The notes beneath the pieces were generated by a model. That model was not told the DNA's origin, did not search any database, and saw only the letters and a program-made list of their open reading frames with translations. The translations under genes and the position numbers were made by a program. Positions 29,775 through 40,310 of a stretch of 64,000 bases of DNA are shown piece by piece. This stretch comes from a plasmid. The number at the start of each line of letters is the position of its first letter. Positions within the stretch are counted from its first letter, which is position 1. The DNA is taken from sequence record NZ_CP020429.2, one strand, 5' to 3'.

Positions 29775-29805
29775 CAAATCGAACTGTGTACTGACCCCAA
29801 AAGTT
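29775..29805 (+). mobile_element. IS3-family (IS150-like) terminal inverted repeat fragment
   Basis: gaactgtgtactgaccccaaaagttagat, related to the IRL-like sequences at 30108-30165, 32119-32170 and 41216-41280. Confidence 0.45.
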
Positions 29806-30027
29806 AGATAATTTATTTAAGCAAAGGATTTAGTTCTGCATTGCATAGGGCTAAGTCCTTTTCTACCATTTGTCAAGTATATCAAGGTATTCTAGTTTTA
29901 CCTTGGAAAAATCTCTAAAGAAAACTCTGTTACCAACCCTTGGATAATTATCGTTTTTCTTCTTGCTCTTTTTCTTCCTCCAATCGGAGTTCTTTCAACT
30001 TTTTTAGAATAGCCTTCTTAGCTTTCA

Positions 30028-30165
30028 TGTACTCCTTTTCTGATTAAGATCGCTTAAAGCTTTCCAAAGATAATCTATTTGCACTTTATCTTCATAAGTC
30101 AATTTCATAATAAAAACACCCCCAAAATTAGATTTTTTCTGTCTAATTTGGAGGTGTCGTTCAAA
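30028..30165 (-). mobile_element. IS3-family remnant: IRL plus a degenerate orfA stub (MKLTYEDKVQIDYLW...)
   Basis: The reverse complement reads TGAACGACACCTCCAAATTAGACAGAAAAAATCTAATTTTGGGGGTG then ATGAAATTGACTTATGAAGATAAAGTG. MKLTYEDK is the conserved IS3/IS150 OrfA N-terminus. Confidence 0.55.
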
Positions 30166-30346
30166 AAAAAGTTTTTAGAGTGTTTTTTGTTTAAGTGGAA
30201 AAAATACTTTTCCGATCATATGTTATTTTGAGGTTGAGTTTTAGGTATTAGAGTTATATATTCTGATGATTTTCCTGATGAAGTAAATGGAGTAGAGAGT
30301 GGTTTGTGAATAATTCGGAGGCTTTCAAAATTCTTTCGATATTTCA

Positions 30347-30964
30347 CTAAAAATTTTGAAATACCACGATTATAGCTGATAGTATCATAGCTACACCACC
30401 GATATATGCAATCCATTTTTCAGAATGTTTTCCAAGTGCACTTCCAATATTCGATGCAAAATAACTATATAAATAATCGTTGATTAAACCAACAAATAGA
30501 TATGTCAAACCTAATATTGTAGTTTGTAATAAAAATGGAGAGTTGTGGTTAATGAATTGAGGTAAAAATGAAGCAAAGAAAATAATGTTTTTAGGATTTA
30601 AAAATATCAGTAAAAATGCATTTTTAAAGACTTCTCCCTTTTCAGGAGGTGTCATTTTCTCAGTTTTATCTTTTACCTTATTAGCACCAAGAAGACTTTT
30701 GATTCCTAAATAGATAAGATAAGCGATTCCAAGTAAACGTAAGATTGCGTACAAGGTTTCCGAAGCTTTAAGTATAGCTCCAATCCCAATAAAGGAAAGG
30801 ATTAGACAAACAAGTCCTCCCCAGAAACTTCCCCAAACTATTTCATAGGCTGTTTTTTTTCCATGAGTCATACTAGTTGTTATAAGATAAGTTACTGTTG
30901 GTCCAGGAGGGGAAATAAGTAGAATGCAAGCGATGGTGTATGATATCCATGTAGATAATGACAT
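30347..30964 (-). CDS. LysE/RhtB-family amino-acid/metabolite exporter
   Basis: 205 aa with six TM helices typical of the LysE fold. Confidence 0.7.
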   Translation of the reverse strand: MSLSTWISYTIACILLISPPGPTVTYLITTSMTHGKKTAYEIVWGSFWGGLVCLILSFIGIGAILKASETLYAILRLLGIAYLIYLGIKSLLGANKVKDKTEKMTPPEKGEVFKNAFLLIFLNPKNIIFFASFLPQFINHNSPFLLQTTILGLTYLFVGLINDYLYSYFASNIGSALGKHSEKWIAYIGGVAMILSAIIVVFQNF

Positions 30965-30965
30965 A

Positions 30966-31961
30966 TTATTTTTCCTTTACAACTCTATATTTTATATCAT
31001 CCTCATTTAAGTTTAGCAATGGGACTGGAAGCTTGGTATGTACAAACTGACTAGGGGTTAATGCTGGCGTCATATTAGATAAAAAACTTAAGAGGTTATT
31101 TTTGCTATTAGATGCGTAGACTGTATAAAAATTTCCAGAATTCCAATTTATGACAGCATATTTAAAAAAGTTAGCCAAAATGTTTTTAAATGTATCTATT
31201 GTTACAAGACAGTTATTCATATCTGTTAACACATTCTCTTTTTTCAGTCGAATGGCTTTTTGTGAGAAAAATCTATTCTTAAAAAGAGAGTCTTTAATAT
31301 GTTCTCTTTTTAGAAATTCAGTAATATCTTTATTGGAAAATTTCTCAATAAAACCAATTATACCATCATTTTTAAGTTTTTCTTTTGTAAATTTTATTTG
31401 TTTAGCTCTATCTGGACTGTACATCTGAAATGTCGTATCTTCTATTATGACATCAAAACCATTGAAATTAGGAAATAATTCTCTGATATTTGAGTTGTTT
31501 ATTTTATTGTAAGGAGATAAGATAAATTTGGAATGTAGTGGTTTACCATATCTAAAAAAATTATCCTGATTAGCTTTTGTTGGACTACAAGATAAAGTTT
31601 TTATCTTTCCATTACTTAAATTTCCAATTGTTCTAGCCATTGTTCCCTCAGCAGCTCCAAGAACATACAAATATTGCGTCCCCTCTCTTTTTTCTAAGTA
31701 ATCTTTTAATGCCGAGCCAACGCGACATTCTTCCTCTAATATAAAGGGGATACTTGAGTAGAAATGTTTGTCAAATTGTCCTTGTAATTTTCTATGATTT
31801 AAATAAAAGAATAACATTTTTTCGTCATTTTTAAATAAGTTTATATCACCTAGATAAGTATTGTCTGGTTTTCCCAATTCGCCTAACGCAGTCTTTTCAA
31901 AAAAATCTGCAAGTGCCCCTATTCTAGGGGTGTTGGTAATATTATCTTCAATATCTTTCAT
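30966..31961 (-). CDS. class I SAM-dependent methyltransferase-like protein. Start taken at MKDIEDNIT.
   Basis: Motif I-like YVLGAAEGTMA and acidic post-I FDVIIEDTTF. RBS GGGAG before ATG at 31961. Confidence 0.5.
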   Translation of the reverse strand: MKDIEDNITNTPRIGALADFFEKTALGELGKPDNTYLGDINLFKNDEKMLFFYLNHRKLQGQFDKHFYSSIPFILEEECRVGSALKDYLEKREGTQYLYVLGAAEGTMARTIGNLSNGKIKTLSCSPTKANQDNFFRYGKPLHSKFILSPYNKINNSNIRELFPNFNGFDVIIEDTTFQMYSPDRAKQIKFTKEKLKNDGIIGFIEKFSNKDITEFLKREHIKDSLFKNRFFSQKAIRLKKENVLTDMNNCLVTIDTFKNILANFFKYAVINWNSGNFYTVYASNSKNNLLSFLSNMTPALTPSQFVHTKLPVPLLNLNEDDIKYRVVKEK

Positions 31962-32118
31962 AAATTTTCTCCCATATGTTATAATTATACACAAAAAATA
32001 GTGAAGTACAATCAAAAAGATGAAATTTTTAGAAGGTTACAAAATCTACATAGAATTTGAAAAAATTGATCGTAAAATGCGTAATAATCCTCTTAATATT
32101 AAATAAACGAGCTTCGGT

Positions 32119-32368
32119 AGAAATGAACTGCACCCCAAAAGTTAGACAGAAAAAATCTAACTTTTGGAGTGTTTTTATTATGAAATTAACTTATGAAGAT
32201 AAAGTTGGGATTACTTTGGCATGTTTAAATAACAAAAAATTGGTAAAAATGATCGTAGGGAAGAACTGTTATTTTATCCAAATATCCACAATATTATTGG
32301 ATTTTGAGAGAATTAAGTGTGAATATAAAAAAGACAAATATCAAAAACGATGTTTGTCTTCATTCTGA
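32119..32368 (+). mobile_element. IS3-family remnant: IRL (tgaactgcaccccaaaagttagac...) plus a degenerate orfA stub (MKLTYEDKVGI...)
   Basis: IRL resembles the IS150 left end (TGTACTGCACCCATTTTG...). The 62-aa ORF starts MKLTYEDK and then diverges from transposase sequence. Confidence 0.55.
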
Positions 32369-32746
32369 AATAATGACAGAGTCATTATTATTGTGGTCTT
32401 GCAGACAGCTAGGATTGCATCCTCTTTTTCCAAAAATATTTGGAAAAATTCACCTCTCTCTAGGCAAAACGTAAGTTATTTTTCTAAATCAAAAAAGAAA
32501 CACAAAAAGAAATTGAGAGAATCTTGCCTTTATATCTATTTTTAAGTTATTGTGATGATTAGCTTAACGAGGATATACAACGACTTTAATTTTTGACAAA
32601 GATTTGTACACATTTTTATCTATTTCTACATAAGAATCATGAAAGTTAAAATTGTTTTCATTTCAAAATTGAAATAGTGAATACTGGGTGGTATACTATT
32701 ACAAATAATAAAAATTATAATAGTTTCAAGTAATAGGGAGCTAGCG

Positions 32747-33670
32747 ATGTTTGAACAATACTTCGGTCATCGGTTAAGAGAGTTGAGATTAGCACAAGGA
32801 CTAACTAAAGAAAAATTTTGTGAAGGGGATGAGGTTTTATCAATACGGCAATTGACACGTATAGAAACAGGGAAGTCTCAACCTAAATTAGAGACCTTAG
32901 AGCACTTGGCAAGACGTCTGAATATATCTTTATCGGAATTGCTTGGAGAGAGAGCTGTAGGCTCAAAGCTGCCGTTAGAATACCTCAATCTCAAATATCA
33001 ATTGATGCATGCGACTAGTCTAGATAAGCCAAATAATCTAATGAAACTAGACGAAAAGCTGGGTAAAATTATTGATAGCTATTATGATGATTTGCCAGCT
33101 GATGAACAGAGGGTTGTTGATATCTTACAGTCAAAACTTTACTCTTATACTTCAAAGACACATCAAAAATTTGGCATGAGCATATTGGAGAAGAGTTTAC
33201 CATCATTATGTGAGAAAAGGGTATACACTATCAATGATCTACTACTTATAGAACTATATCAAATCTCGTTAGGAGATGGTGATAGTATGAGGTCAGATGG
33301 GTTTAGTGAAGGGACTTTTTATACTATTTGTAGAAATCTAATAAATAGTTATGATAATATTCCCACGGAGTATCTATTTTTACTTAGGGATGCCTTATTA
33401 ATGGTTCCAATAGTTGAATATGAACGAAAAAAGTTTCATTTATCGGAGATAGCATTCAATCAACTGCATCACATTATGGAGGAAACTCAAGATTATCAGA
33501 AAAAACCAATATTGAGAATGCTAGAGGGACAGTATCTATATGTTGTAAAGAATGATATTTTTGAGGCTAAAAAGGCCTATCAAGAAGGGATAATCTTGGC
33601 TAGATTGTTAGGAGATACCTCTTTAGCTGACATTATATCAGAGAAAATGAGAGATGCTATGAAAGAATAG
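32747..33670 (+). CDS. Rgg/MutR/GadR-family transcriptional regulator (RNPP type)
   Basis: N-terminal XRE HTH (LRELRLAQGLTKEKFCEG...SIRQLTRIETGKSQP) and a ~240-aa helical repeat domain. Confidence 0.8.
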   Translation: MFEQYFGHRLRELRLAQGLTKEKFCEGDEVLSIRQLTRIETGKSQPKLETLEHLARRLNISLSELLGERAVGSKLPLEYLNLKYQLMHATSLDKPNNLMKLDEKLGKIIDSYYDDLPADEQRVVDILQSKLYSYTSKTHQKFGMSILEKSLPSLCEKRVYTINDLLLIELYQISLGDGDSMRSDGFSEGTFYTICRNLINSYDNIPTEYLFLLRDALLMVPIVEYERKKFHLSEIAFNQLHHIMEETQDYQKKPILRMLEGQYLYVVKNDIFEAKKAYQEGIILARLLGDTSLADIISEKMRDAMKE

Positions 33671-33671
33671 A

Positions 33672-33701
33672 GCAGGACATACGTGTCCTGTTCTTTTTTT
33701 C
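33672..33701 (+). terminator. rho-independent terminator
   Basis: caggacat...atgtcctg stem followed by T7. Confidence 0.65.
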
Positions 33702-33830
33702 TAATATGCAGTATATTATATTCATAAAGCGAATTGAAGAATAGAAATTTGAGTGCATTATTTTCTTTGGGGATTTTAGGAATTTACACTTGTCATAAAA
33801 TTTATTTAAAATACACAAAGGAGATTTATT

Positions 33831-35633
33831 ATGAAATACTCAAATAACAAACTAGCCCGCTATTCAATTCGAAAATATTCTATTGGTGTAGCATCTGTTC
33901 TAATAGGATTTTTCTTTATGGGAGTATCAGTATCTGCTGATCAAGTGACAGAAGCGAACGCTGTCGCTCCATCAAGTCTTGTAACAGAAAAATCAGATGC
34001 TACAGTGGCTTCTACAAATACAGAAATTGGAAAATCTACAGAAGTAGTACAAGCTAATACTCCAGAAGTTCCTTTAGGAAGCCCAAATGAAACGAGGGAT
34101 GAAGTAAAACCTGATACAATCAAAAAATCTGAGTTAAGTATTTCCGAGTTAGACACAAGTAATAAAGTCTCAGAAAACAGTACTACACCTATGTTAGAGA
34201 CAAAGGATGAAAAAGAGACACTCAAAGTGGTAGCTGAGGATAAACAAGCTGATACAATTGAACAAGTAGATCCTACTAACCCAGAAGGCAAAAAAACAGT
34301 TGGGTATGCTGCTGCGAATATTGATAAGCCAGAGACCTCCATTGTTAATGATGTGACACGGATTCGAGCTACCAAAAAAGATGGTAAGTACATTCATTCA
34401 ACAAATGTTAATAATGTTTCATCTGGAGATGTTGTCTTGTTTTCAGCAGGTGGTGGTTCAATTGCACGTGGTGATGACTACCCTCAAAGATTCAAGAATG
34501 GTAGAATTTGGGTAGATGCAGATGATTGGGGACAATATGTTAGGGAATGTACATCATTTGTAGCTTATCGCCTAAGTACAGTAAATGGATTTACAATTCC
34601 TTATGCTTATGGTGACGCAGGAAAATGGGGATATCGAGCACGTAGTGAAGGTTACAGGGTAGATAATACTCCAGCATTGGGTTCAGTGGCTTGGTATGAT
34701 AATCAATATCAACATGTTGCATGGGTATCTAATGTCATGGGGGATTACATTGAATTAGAAGAGTATAACTGGCATGATGATCATATTTATCATAGACAGG
34801 TAGTTAATAAAAATACTGTAACAGGATTTATTCACTTTAAGGATATTAATAGAGTGGTGGACGATTCTTCAAATCACCCATCACCTTCAGTAGACCAAGA
34901 AGTTCCAGAAAGTGGTGTCTATTATTTCAAAGGACGTGCTAGTATAAAATCAGAACCTAAAATGTCAAGCCCAGAACTTGCGTACTATGACGCAGGTCAA
35001 AGTGTAAACTATGATCGTAAATTGATTGCAGATGGTCATGAGTGGATTTCTTATCTATCTTACGCTGGAAATCGTCGTTATATCCCTATTCGTGAAATTG
35101 TAAATGTGACTAGTAGTCCAACGGGTACTATAAGAATTGTAAATAATGATTCTGAGACAGGAACATTTGATATTATCGTTTCCAATGTTTCAGACGTTAA
35201 CGGAGTTCAAAAAGTATCGCTCCCAACATGGTCTGAAATTGATGGACAAGATGATATTATTTGGTACACTGCTACTCGTCAATCTGATGGAACATATCGT
35301 CAACATGTAAACGTAAGTGATCATAAAAATTCAACAGGAGTTTATAATGTTCACTTGTATTATGTTGAAAATAGCGGTAAACTTGTTGGTGTTGGTGGGA
35401 CTACTGTTAATGTGCAAAAGAATCAGGATACCTATACTATCCCATCAAGTGGTGTTTATCGTTTCACACAACGAGTCAGTATAAAGTCAGAACCTAGTAT
35501 GTCAAGCCCTGAATTAGCTTATTATGACGCTGGTAATACGGTTAATTATGATAGAGTATTGACTAATGAGGGACACACTTGGATTTCTTATCTCAGTTAT
35601 AGTGGAAATCGCCGTTATATTGCTATTAATTAA
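33831..35633 (+). CDS. YSIRK-signal secreted CHAP-domain peptidoglycan hydrolase with SH3b and GBS Bsp-like repeats. No LPXTG.
   Basis: Signal ARYSIRKYSIGVASVLIG. CHAP Cys (RECTSFVAYRL) and His (QHVAWVS). Two SH3_5-like modules (SEPxMSSPELAYYDAG.SVNYDR...W.SY.SY.GNRRYI) and one Bsp-like repeat. Confidence 0.8.
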   Translation: MKYSNNKLARYSIRKYSIGVASVLIGFFFMGVSVSADQVTEANAVAPSSLVTEKSDATVASTNTEIGKSTEVVQANTPEVPLGSPNETRDEVKPDTIKKSELSISELDTSNKVSENSTTPMLETKDEKETLKVVAEDKQADTIEQVDPTNPEGKKTVGYAAANIDKPETSIVNDVTRIRATKKDGKYIHSTNVNNVSSGDVVLFSAGGGSIARGDDYPQRFKNGRIWVDADDWGQYVRECTSFVAYRLSTVNGFTIPYAYGDAGKWGYRARSEGYRVDNTPALGSVAWYDNQYQHVAWVSNVMGDYIELEEYNWHDDHIYHRQVVNKNTVTGFIHFKDINRVVDDSSNHPSPSVDQEVPESGVYYFKGRASIKSEPKMSSPELAYYDAGQSVNYDRKLIADGHEWISYLSYAGNRRYIPIREIVNVTSSPTGTIRIVNNDSETGTFDIIVSNVSDVNGVQKVSLPTWSEIDGQDDIIWYTATRQSDGTYRQHVNVSDHKNSTGVYNVHLYYVENSGKLVGVGGTTVNVQKNQDTYTIPSSGVYRFTQRVSIKSEPSMSSPELAYYDAGNTVNYDRVLTNEGHTWISYLSYSGNRRYIAIN

Positions 35634-35644
35634 GGAGAATTATT

Positions 35645-36337
35645 ATGAAGCCTACTACAAAACGTTTCACAACTTTAACCGCACTCGCTTTAACTTCCGT
35701 TCTATTACTTGGTGCATGTGGTAATAACAAGAAGGAAGCCACATTAACATCGAGCTCTAGTAAGGTTAGTCAGAAAGTGAAATCGACAAAACCATCCTCA
35801 AAAGAAAAAGCGAAGAAGTCTGAGAAAAAGACAAAATCTTCTAGTTCAGAAGAAGTCTCAAAAGAAACCTCTGGAGAAAAGGCTTCACAACCATCAGCCG
35901 GAAATGTTGCTGAATCTGCTCAACAAGAAGTTGCCCCAACAAATCCTAATGAAGAAACAGCTGGAGTAAATCAAGGAACTCCTACAGAACAACCAGCTGC
36001 TTCAGCGGAACAAACACCAGCTACCACAGTAGTTGATGCTACGGCAATGGCTAATGGTGATTTCTCTAGTGTTGCTGGTACCTATCAAAATGACTTAGGA
36101 GATACAATTACAGTATCCCCATCCGGTAGTGTAACTCGTGTTGGCGCTGAAAGTGGTTATAGTGATACAAGTAGTCAGCTCTTTAATGGTTTTGCTCAAG
36201 ATGGCGGTTATGTAGCAGGTTTTGCTCATAATGATGGACCAACCAGTGACCCAATTTTCTTTGATAGTAACGGACAGATTCGTTTTGGTTCTGATGCGAT
36301 ATATGGTCGGATGCATGTTTACAATAAAGTAGATTGA
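35645..36337 (+). CDS. Ser/Lys/Glu-rich lipoprotein
   Basis: Lipobox LLGAC after a signal peptide, then a low-complexity Ser/Lys region. Confidence 0.65.
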   Translation: MKPTTKRFTTLTALALTSVLLLGACGNNKKEATLTSSSSKVSQKVKSTKPSSKEKAKKSEKKTKSSSSEEVSKETSGEKASQPSAGNVAESAQQEVAPTNPNEETAGVNQGTPTEQPAASAEQTPATTVVDATAMANGDFSSVAGTYQNDLGDTITVSPSGSVTRVGAESGYSDTSSQLFNGFAQDGGYVAGFAHNDGPTSDPIFFDSNGQIRFGSDAIYGRMHVYNKVD

Positions 36338-36401
36338 TGGTATTGTCCCTCAGTACTTAAGAAAAGGAAATCACAAGTAGTAGAAGGAGCACACTTTAAA
36401 A

Positions 36402-36701
36402 ATGTCTCAAAAAGAACATGGAGAAGTGAGAAGTACTAGTGGCACCTTAAAGGGTACCTATCACTATTTGAATTCTCCCAGTCCTCATTTGTTTCCGTTT
36501 GTCTTTATTAGTAATGTAACAGATAACTTTCAGATGTTTCGCGTGTGTAAGAATGGTAAGCCAATTGCCTTTCCATTACTTCTACCAAATCAATATAAAA
36601 TTGTTTACATTAAGGATTTTCAAAATGTTAGCTCCTGTGATGAGATTACAGTGACTGAACATTTAGAGGAATACATCTATGATGAATCAGACTTAGACTA
36701 G
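36402..36701 (+). CDS. hypothetical protein (99 aa)
   Basis: ORF only. Confidence 0.3.
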   Translation: MSQKEHGEVRSTSGTLKGTYHYLNSPSPHLFPFVFISNVTDNFQMFRVCKNGKPIAFPLLLPNQYKIVYIKDFQNVSSCDEITVTEHLEEYIYDESDLD

Positions 36702-36972
36702 AATGATATCTATAGTCAATTTAACTCAGAATAAATTGATTAATCTGTTCAGATTTGCTTAATGTGTCAAGAAATTAGATGTTTGAAAAGTCCTTAGATA
36801 TATCTAAGGACTTTTCTTCATTATAATAGGTAATAGTTATCGAAAAAATTATCGATCAATTTTCTACAAAATAAAGTTTAGTAATATTAATGAAATACTT
36901 GTAAAATATTTTTAAAAGAAGTATACTATAGGCGTAAAAACGGTTCCATTATTTTATGAAACAGCCTAGAAA

Positions 36973-39900
36973 GTGAGAGTGATCAAAATGAGAAAGGCAT
37001 ATGTTTTTAAGGAACGTCAACGTTACTCAATTCGTAAATATTCTTTTGGAGCTGCATCAGTCTTGATTGGTGCGAGCTTGATGCTTGGTGGGCATGCTTT
37101 GGCTCAGGAACAAGCCAATAGCACAGGTTCTATCACGGACTATGAAGTTACTGTAAATAATTCTGAAGCACCCCAAATTGACCAAGCAACTTCAGAAGCT
37201 GTTACCGAGGTTCTCAATGAACCAGCTTCAAGATCTGAAGCGCCAAGACCTAAGCTTGCCAGCAGTGAAGTTGCTTCCTCTGAAGCTAGTAGTGTAGTGG
37301 TCAGCGAGGCTGCTTCTTTGGAAGTACCAGCAGAGGTTGCTCAATCTGCATCTGCTGTCGCTTCTGTTGCGAGCTCAGAGGTGGCTAGTCCACGTTATGA
37401 AGTGTCATCAGTAGCTAGCTCTGAAGTAGTTAGTGAGATTAACCGTTCAGCAACTTCAGAAGTAGCAGAAGCTAGAGTTACTGACCGTGAAGCTGTCGAT
37501 ACTAGTCTTCGTACTGTCTTAACTAATGCTAGTCAGCCAGGTGTAGATGGTCCTGTGACTGCTGATGGTTCTCTTGATATCCCATCAAACGGTACCTATT
37601 ATTTCCGTCGCACAACTGAAATTCGTACAGCTCCAGTCATGGATATCAAACCTACATTTGTCTTTAGTGCAGGCGACCATGTTATCTATGATAAGGTCTT
37701 GAAGAGAGACAATCATCAATGGATTTCTTATATTGGTTATGACTATGAACGCTACTACGCTGATATCGCAGCATTGAAGGCTGAAAATACTAGTAGCAAC
37801 ACTGAAGCGACTAGAGATGAAACCATCCCTGAACGTGGTACTTATTACTTCACTAAACCTGCAGATGTGAAGAACCAACCTAGCTTGACTGCCAAGACTG
37901 AGTTCAATTTTGATCCAGGCATGTCAGTCAACTACGATAGATCTTTGCTTGCGGACAACCACCGTTGGATTTCTTACACTTCGTACAGTGGTACTCGTCG
38001 TTATGTCGACCTAGGTGCTGTTGCAGAGGCTGTAGCTAAACCAAGAGGCGATATCGCTATTGAAAGTCATGACAATGGTGACTTTAGTGTAGTTATCAGT
38101 AATGTTTCAGACCAAAACGGTGTCCTCGGGGTATCTGTTCCAATCTGGTCTGAAAAGAATGGTCAAGACGACATCATCTGGTACAATGCGACTCGTCTTA
38201 ACAATGGTAACTACAAGGTTAACGTCAGTCTAACTGACCATAAGAATGAACGTGGTCTCTACAATGTTCATCTTTACTATGTTGAAACTAATGGTAAATT
38301 AGTTGGTGTTGGTGGCACAACTTACACAGTTCCTGCCAAGGTCGAAGAAACTCACACAACTACTAGTTATAGCCTTCCTGACTCAGGAACTTATACTTTC
38401 AAAGAACGCTCTAGCATTAAGGCAGAACCTCGTGTAGCAAGTCCAGAGTTGGCTTACTATGATGCTGGCATGTCAGTCAACTACGATAAGCTTGTCAGTG
38501 GTGATGGTTATGAATGGCTTTCTTACCTCAGCTACAATGGCAACCGCCGTTATGTAGCCGTGGCTAAACTTGCTCAACAAGAAAGCAAACCAAGCGGTAC
38601 TATCAATATTGAAAATCTCTCTAACCTTGGTTTTGATGTTCATATCACTAATGTTTCTGGTGGTGACAAGGCTATCCAAGGCGTAAGTGTTCCAGTTTGG
38701 ACATCCAAAGACGGCCAAGACGACCTTGTATGGCACCAAGCTAGCAGACAAAGTGATGGTAGCTACAAGGTTCGTATCAATGTTAGTGACCATAAGGCTG
38801 AAGCAGGCGAATACATTGTCCATCTCTACTATGTTCAAGATGGTAAGATGGTAGGTATAGGAGGCACTAGCACAACTGTTCCAGTTCAAAATGCAACTCG
38901 CCACAACCTTCCAGCTTCAGGTTCATATACCTTTACTGCTCGTACTGGCATTAAGGCAGAACCTCGTGTGGCAAGCCCAGAGTTGGCCTACTACGATGCT
39001 GGTATGTCAGTCAACTATGACAAGATTGTCAGTGGTGATGGTTATGAATGGCTTTCTTACCTCAGCTACAATGGCAACCGACGTTATGTAGCCGTGGCTA
39101 AACTTGCTCAACAAGAAAGCAAACCAAGCGGTACTATCAATATTGAAAACCTCTCTAACCTCGGTTTTGACGTTCATATCACTAATGTTTCTGGTGGAGA
39201 CAAGGCTATTCAAGGCGTAAGTGTTCCAGTTTGGACAGCTAAAGACGGCCAAGACGACCTTGTATGGCACCAAGCTAGCAGACAAAGTGATGGTAGCTAC
39301 AAGGTTCGTATCAATGTTAGTGACCATAAGGCTGAAGCAGGTGAATACATTGTCCATCTCTACTATGTCCAAGATGGTAAAATGGTAGGTATCGGAGGCA
39401 CTAGTACAACTGTTCCAGTTCAAAATGCAACTCGCCACAATCTTCCAGCTTCAGGTTCATATACCTTTACCGCTCGTACTGGCATCAAGGCTCAACCTTT
39501 GGTAGCCAACCCAGATGTTAGCTACTACGATGCTGGCATGTCAGTCAACTATGACAAGGTTGTCAATAATGATGGCTATACATGGCTTTCTTATCTCAGC
39601 TATTCAGGACATCGTTTCTATGTGGCTATCGCACCAACGAGTGTGACTAAACCTGTAGAACAACCTGTTCAACCAAGTACACCATCATCTGGTACCTATA
39701 CTTTCAAAGAACGCTCTAGCATTAAAGCAGAACCAAGTGTAGCGAGTCCAGAGTTGGCTTACTATGATGCTGGTATGTCCGTTAACTATGACAGATTGGT
39801 GACTGCAGATGGTCACACATGGCTCTCTTATGTTAGCCATGGAGGCAACCGTCGTTACATTGCTATTGATGGTAAGGCAACAGCAGTTGCTCAACCAGCA

Positions 39901-40104
39901 AGTCCAAGCCTAGCTGCGACTGGTACTTATACCTTTACCAAACCTAGCTCTATCAAGGCTCAACCAAGTATTGCTAGTCCAGAGTTAGCCTACTATGATA
40001 AAGGCATGTCCGTTCGCTATGACAAAGTCCTTACAGCTGATGGCCACACCTGGTTGTCTTATGTAACCTATAGCGGTGCAAGACGCTATGTGGACATTGC
40101 TTAA
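36973..40104 (+). CDS. large YSIRK-signal surface protein (1043 aa) with a Ser/Ala/Val/Glu-rich spacer, at least 6 SH3b-like modules and at least 3 Bsp-like repeats. No LPXTG.
   Basis: Signal RQRYSIRKYSFGAASVLIG. An internal near-perfect 534-bp tandem duplication (~38400-39470) is also mirrored by two spurious 143-aa antisense ORFs. Confidence 0.8.
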   Translation: MRVIKMRKAYVFKERQRYSIRKYSFGAASVLIGASLMLGGHALAQEQANSTGSITDYEVTVNNSEAPQIDQATSEAVTEVLNEPASRSEAPRPKLASSEVASSEASSVVVSEAASLEVPAEVAQSASAVASVASSEVASPRYEVSSVASSEVVSEINRSATSEVAEARVTDREAVDTSLRTVLTNASQPGVDGPVTADGSLDIPSNGTYYFRRTTEIRTAPVMDIKPTFVFSAGDHVIYDKVLKRDNHQWISYIGYDYERYYADIAALKAENTSSNTEATRDETIPERGTYYFTKPADVKNQPSLTAKTEFNFDPGMSVNYDRSLLADNHRWISYTSYSGTRRYVDLGAVAEAVAKPRGDIAIESHDNGDFSVVISNVSDQNGVLGVSVPIWSEKNGQDDIIWYNATRLNNGNYKVNVSLTDHKNERGLYNVHLYYVETNGKLVGVGGTTYTVPAKVEETHTTTSYSLPDSGTYTFKERSSIKAEPRVASPELAYYDAGMSVNYDKLVSGDGYEWLSYLSYNGNRRYVAVAKLAQQESKPSGTINIENLSNLGFDVHITNVSGGDKAIQGVSVPVWTSKDGQDDLVWHQASRQSDGSYKVRINVSDHKAEAGEYIVHLYYVQDGKMVGIGGTSTTVPVQNATRHNLPASGSYTFTARTGIKAEPRVASPELAYYDAGMSVNYDKIVSGDGYEWLSYLSYNGNRRYVAVAKLAQQESKPSGTINIENLSNLGFDVHITNVSGGDKAIQGVSVPVWTAKDGQDDLVWHQASRQSDGSYKVRINVSDHKAEAGEYIVHLYYVQDGKMVGIGGTSTTVPVQNATRHNLPASGSYTFTARTGIKAQPLVANPDVSYYDAGMSVNYDKVVNNDGYTWLSYLSYSGHRFYVAIAPTSVTKPVEQPVQPSTPSSGTYTFKERSSIKAEPSVASPELAYYDAGMSVNYDRLVTADGHTWLSYVSHGGNRRYIAIDGKATAVAQPASPSLAATGTYTFTKPSSIKAQPSIASPELAYYDKGMSVRYDKVLTADGHTWLSYVTYSGARRYVDIA

Positions 40105-40310
40105 GAGTTGTAACATCACTCTCTTTTGAGGGTGGTGTTTTTTGGTAGAAAAGAGCCAAAAAAACAAACATCAAAAGAATGTTTGTCTTTACTTTAGCCC
40201 TACATGAGAAAGGGTGGCCCTGACTAATAAACACCAGCAGGGATATATTACGTATGTTCGTATAGAATTAGTTTAAGAGGTAAGACAGTACTGAAAGGTA
40301 GTACAGTAAC

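Noticed and set aside
30108-32170. Hairpin plus T-run sequences first read as rho-independent terminators
   Set aside because: The same ~45-bp unit recurs four times and is followed by IS3 orfA-like start sequence, so it is reinterpreted as IS3-family inverted-repeat remnants.
32560-32680. Tiny MK-initiated ORFs (MKVKIVFISKLK on the plus strand, MKTILTFMILM on the minus strand) upstream of the Rgg gene, considered as SHP pheromone candidates
   Set aside because: At 10-12 codons they are shorter than known SHPs (about 22-35 aa). They arise from a near-palindromic atgaaa...tttcat sequence, and neither has an RBS.
38473-39438. Two 143-aa minus-strand ORFs (38473..38904 and 39007..39438) with near-identical sequences
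   Set aside because: They are antisense artefacts of the 534-bp tandem duplication inside the large plus-strand surface-protein gene and have no independent signals.
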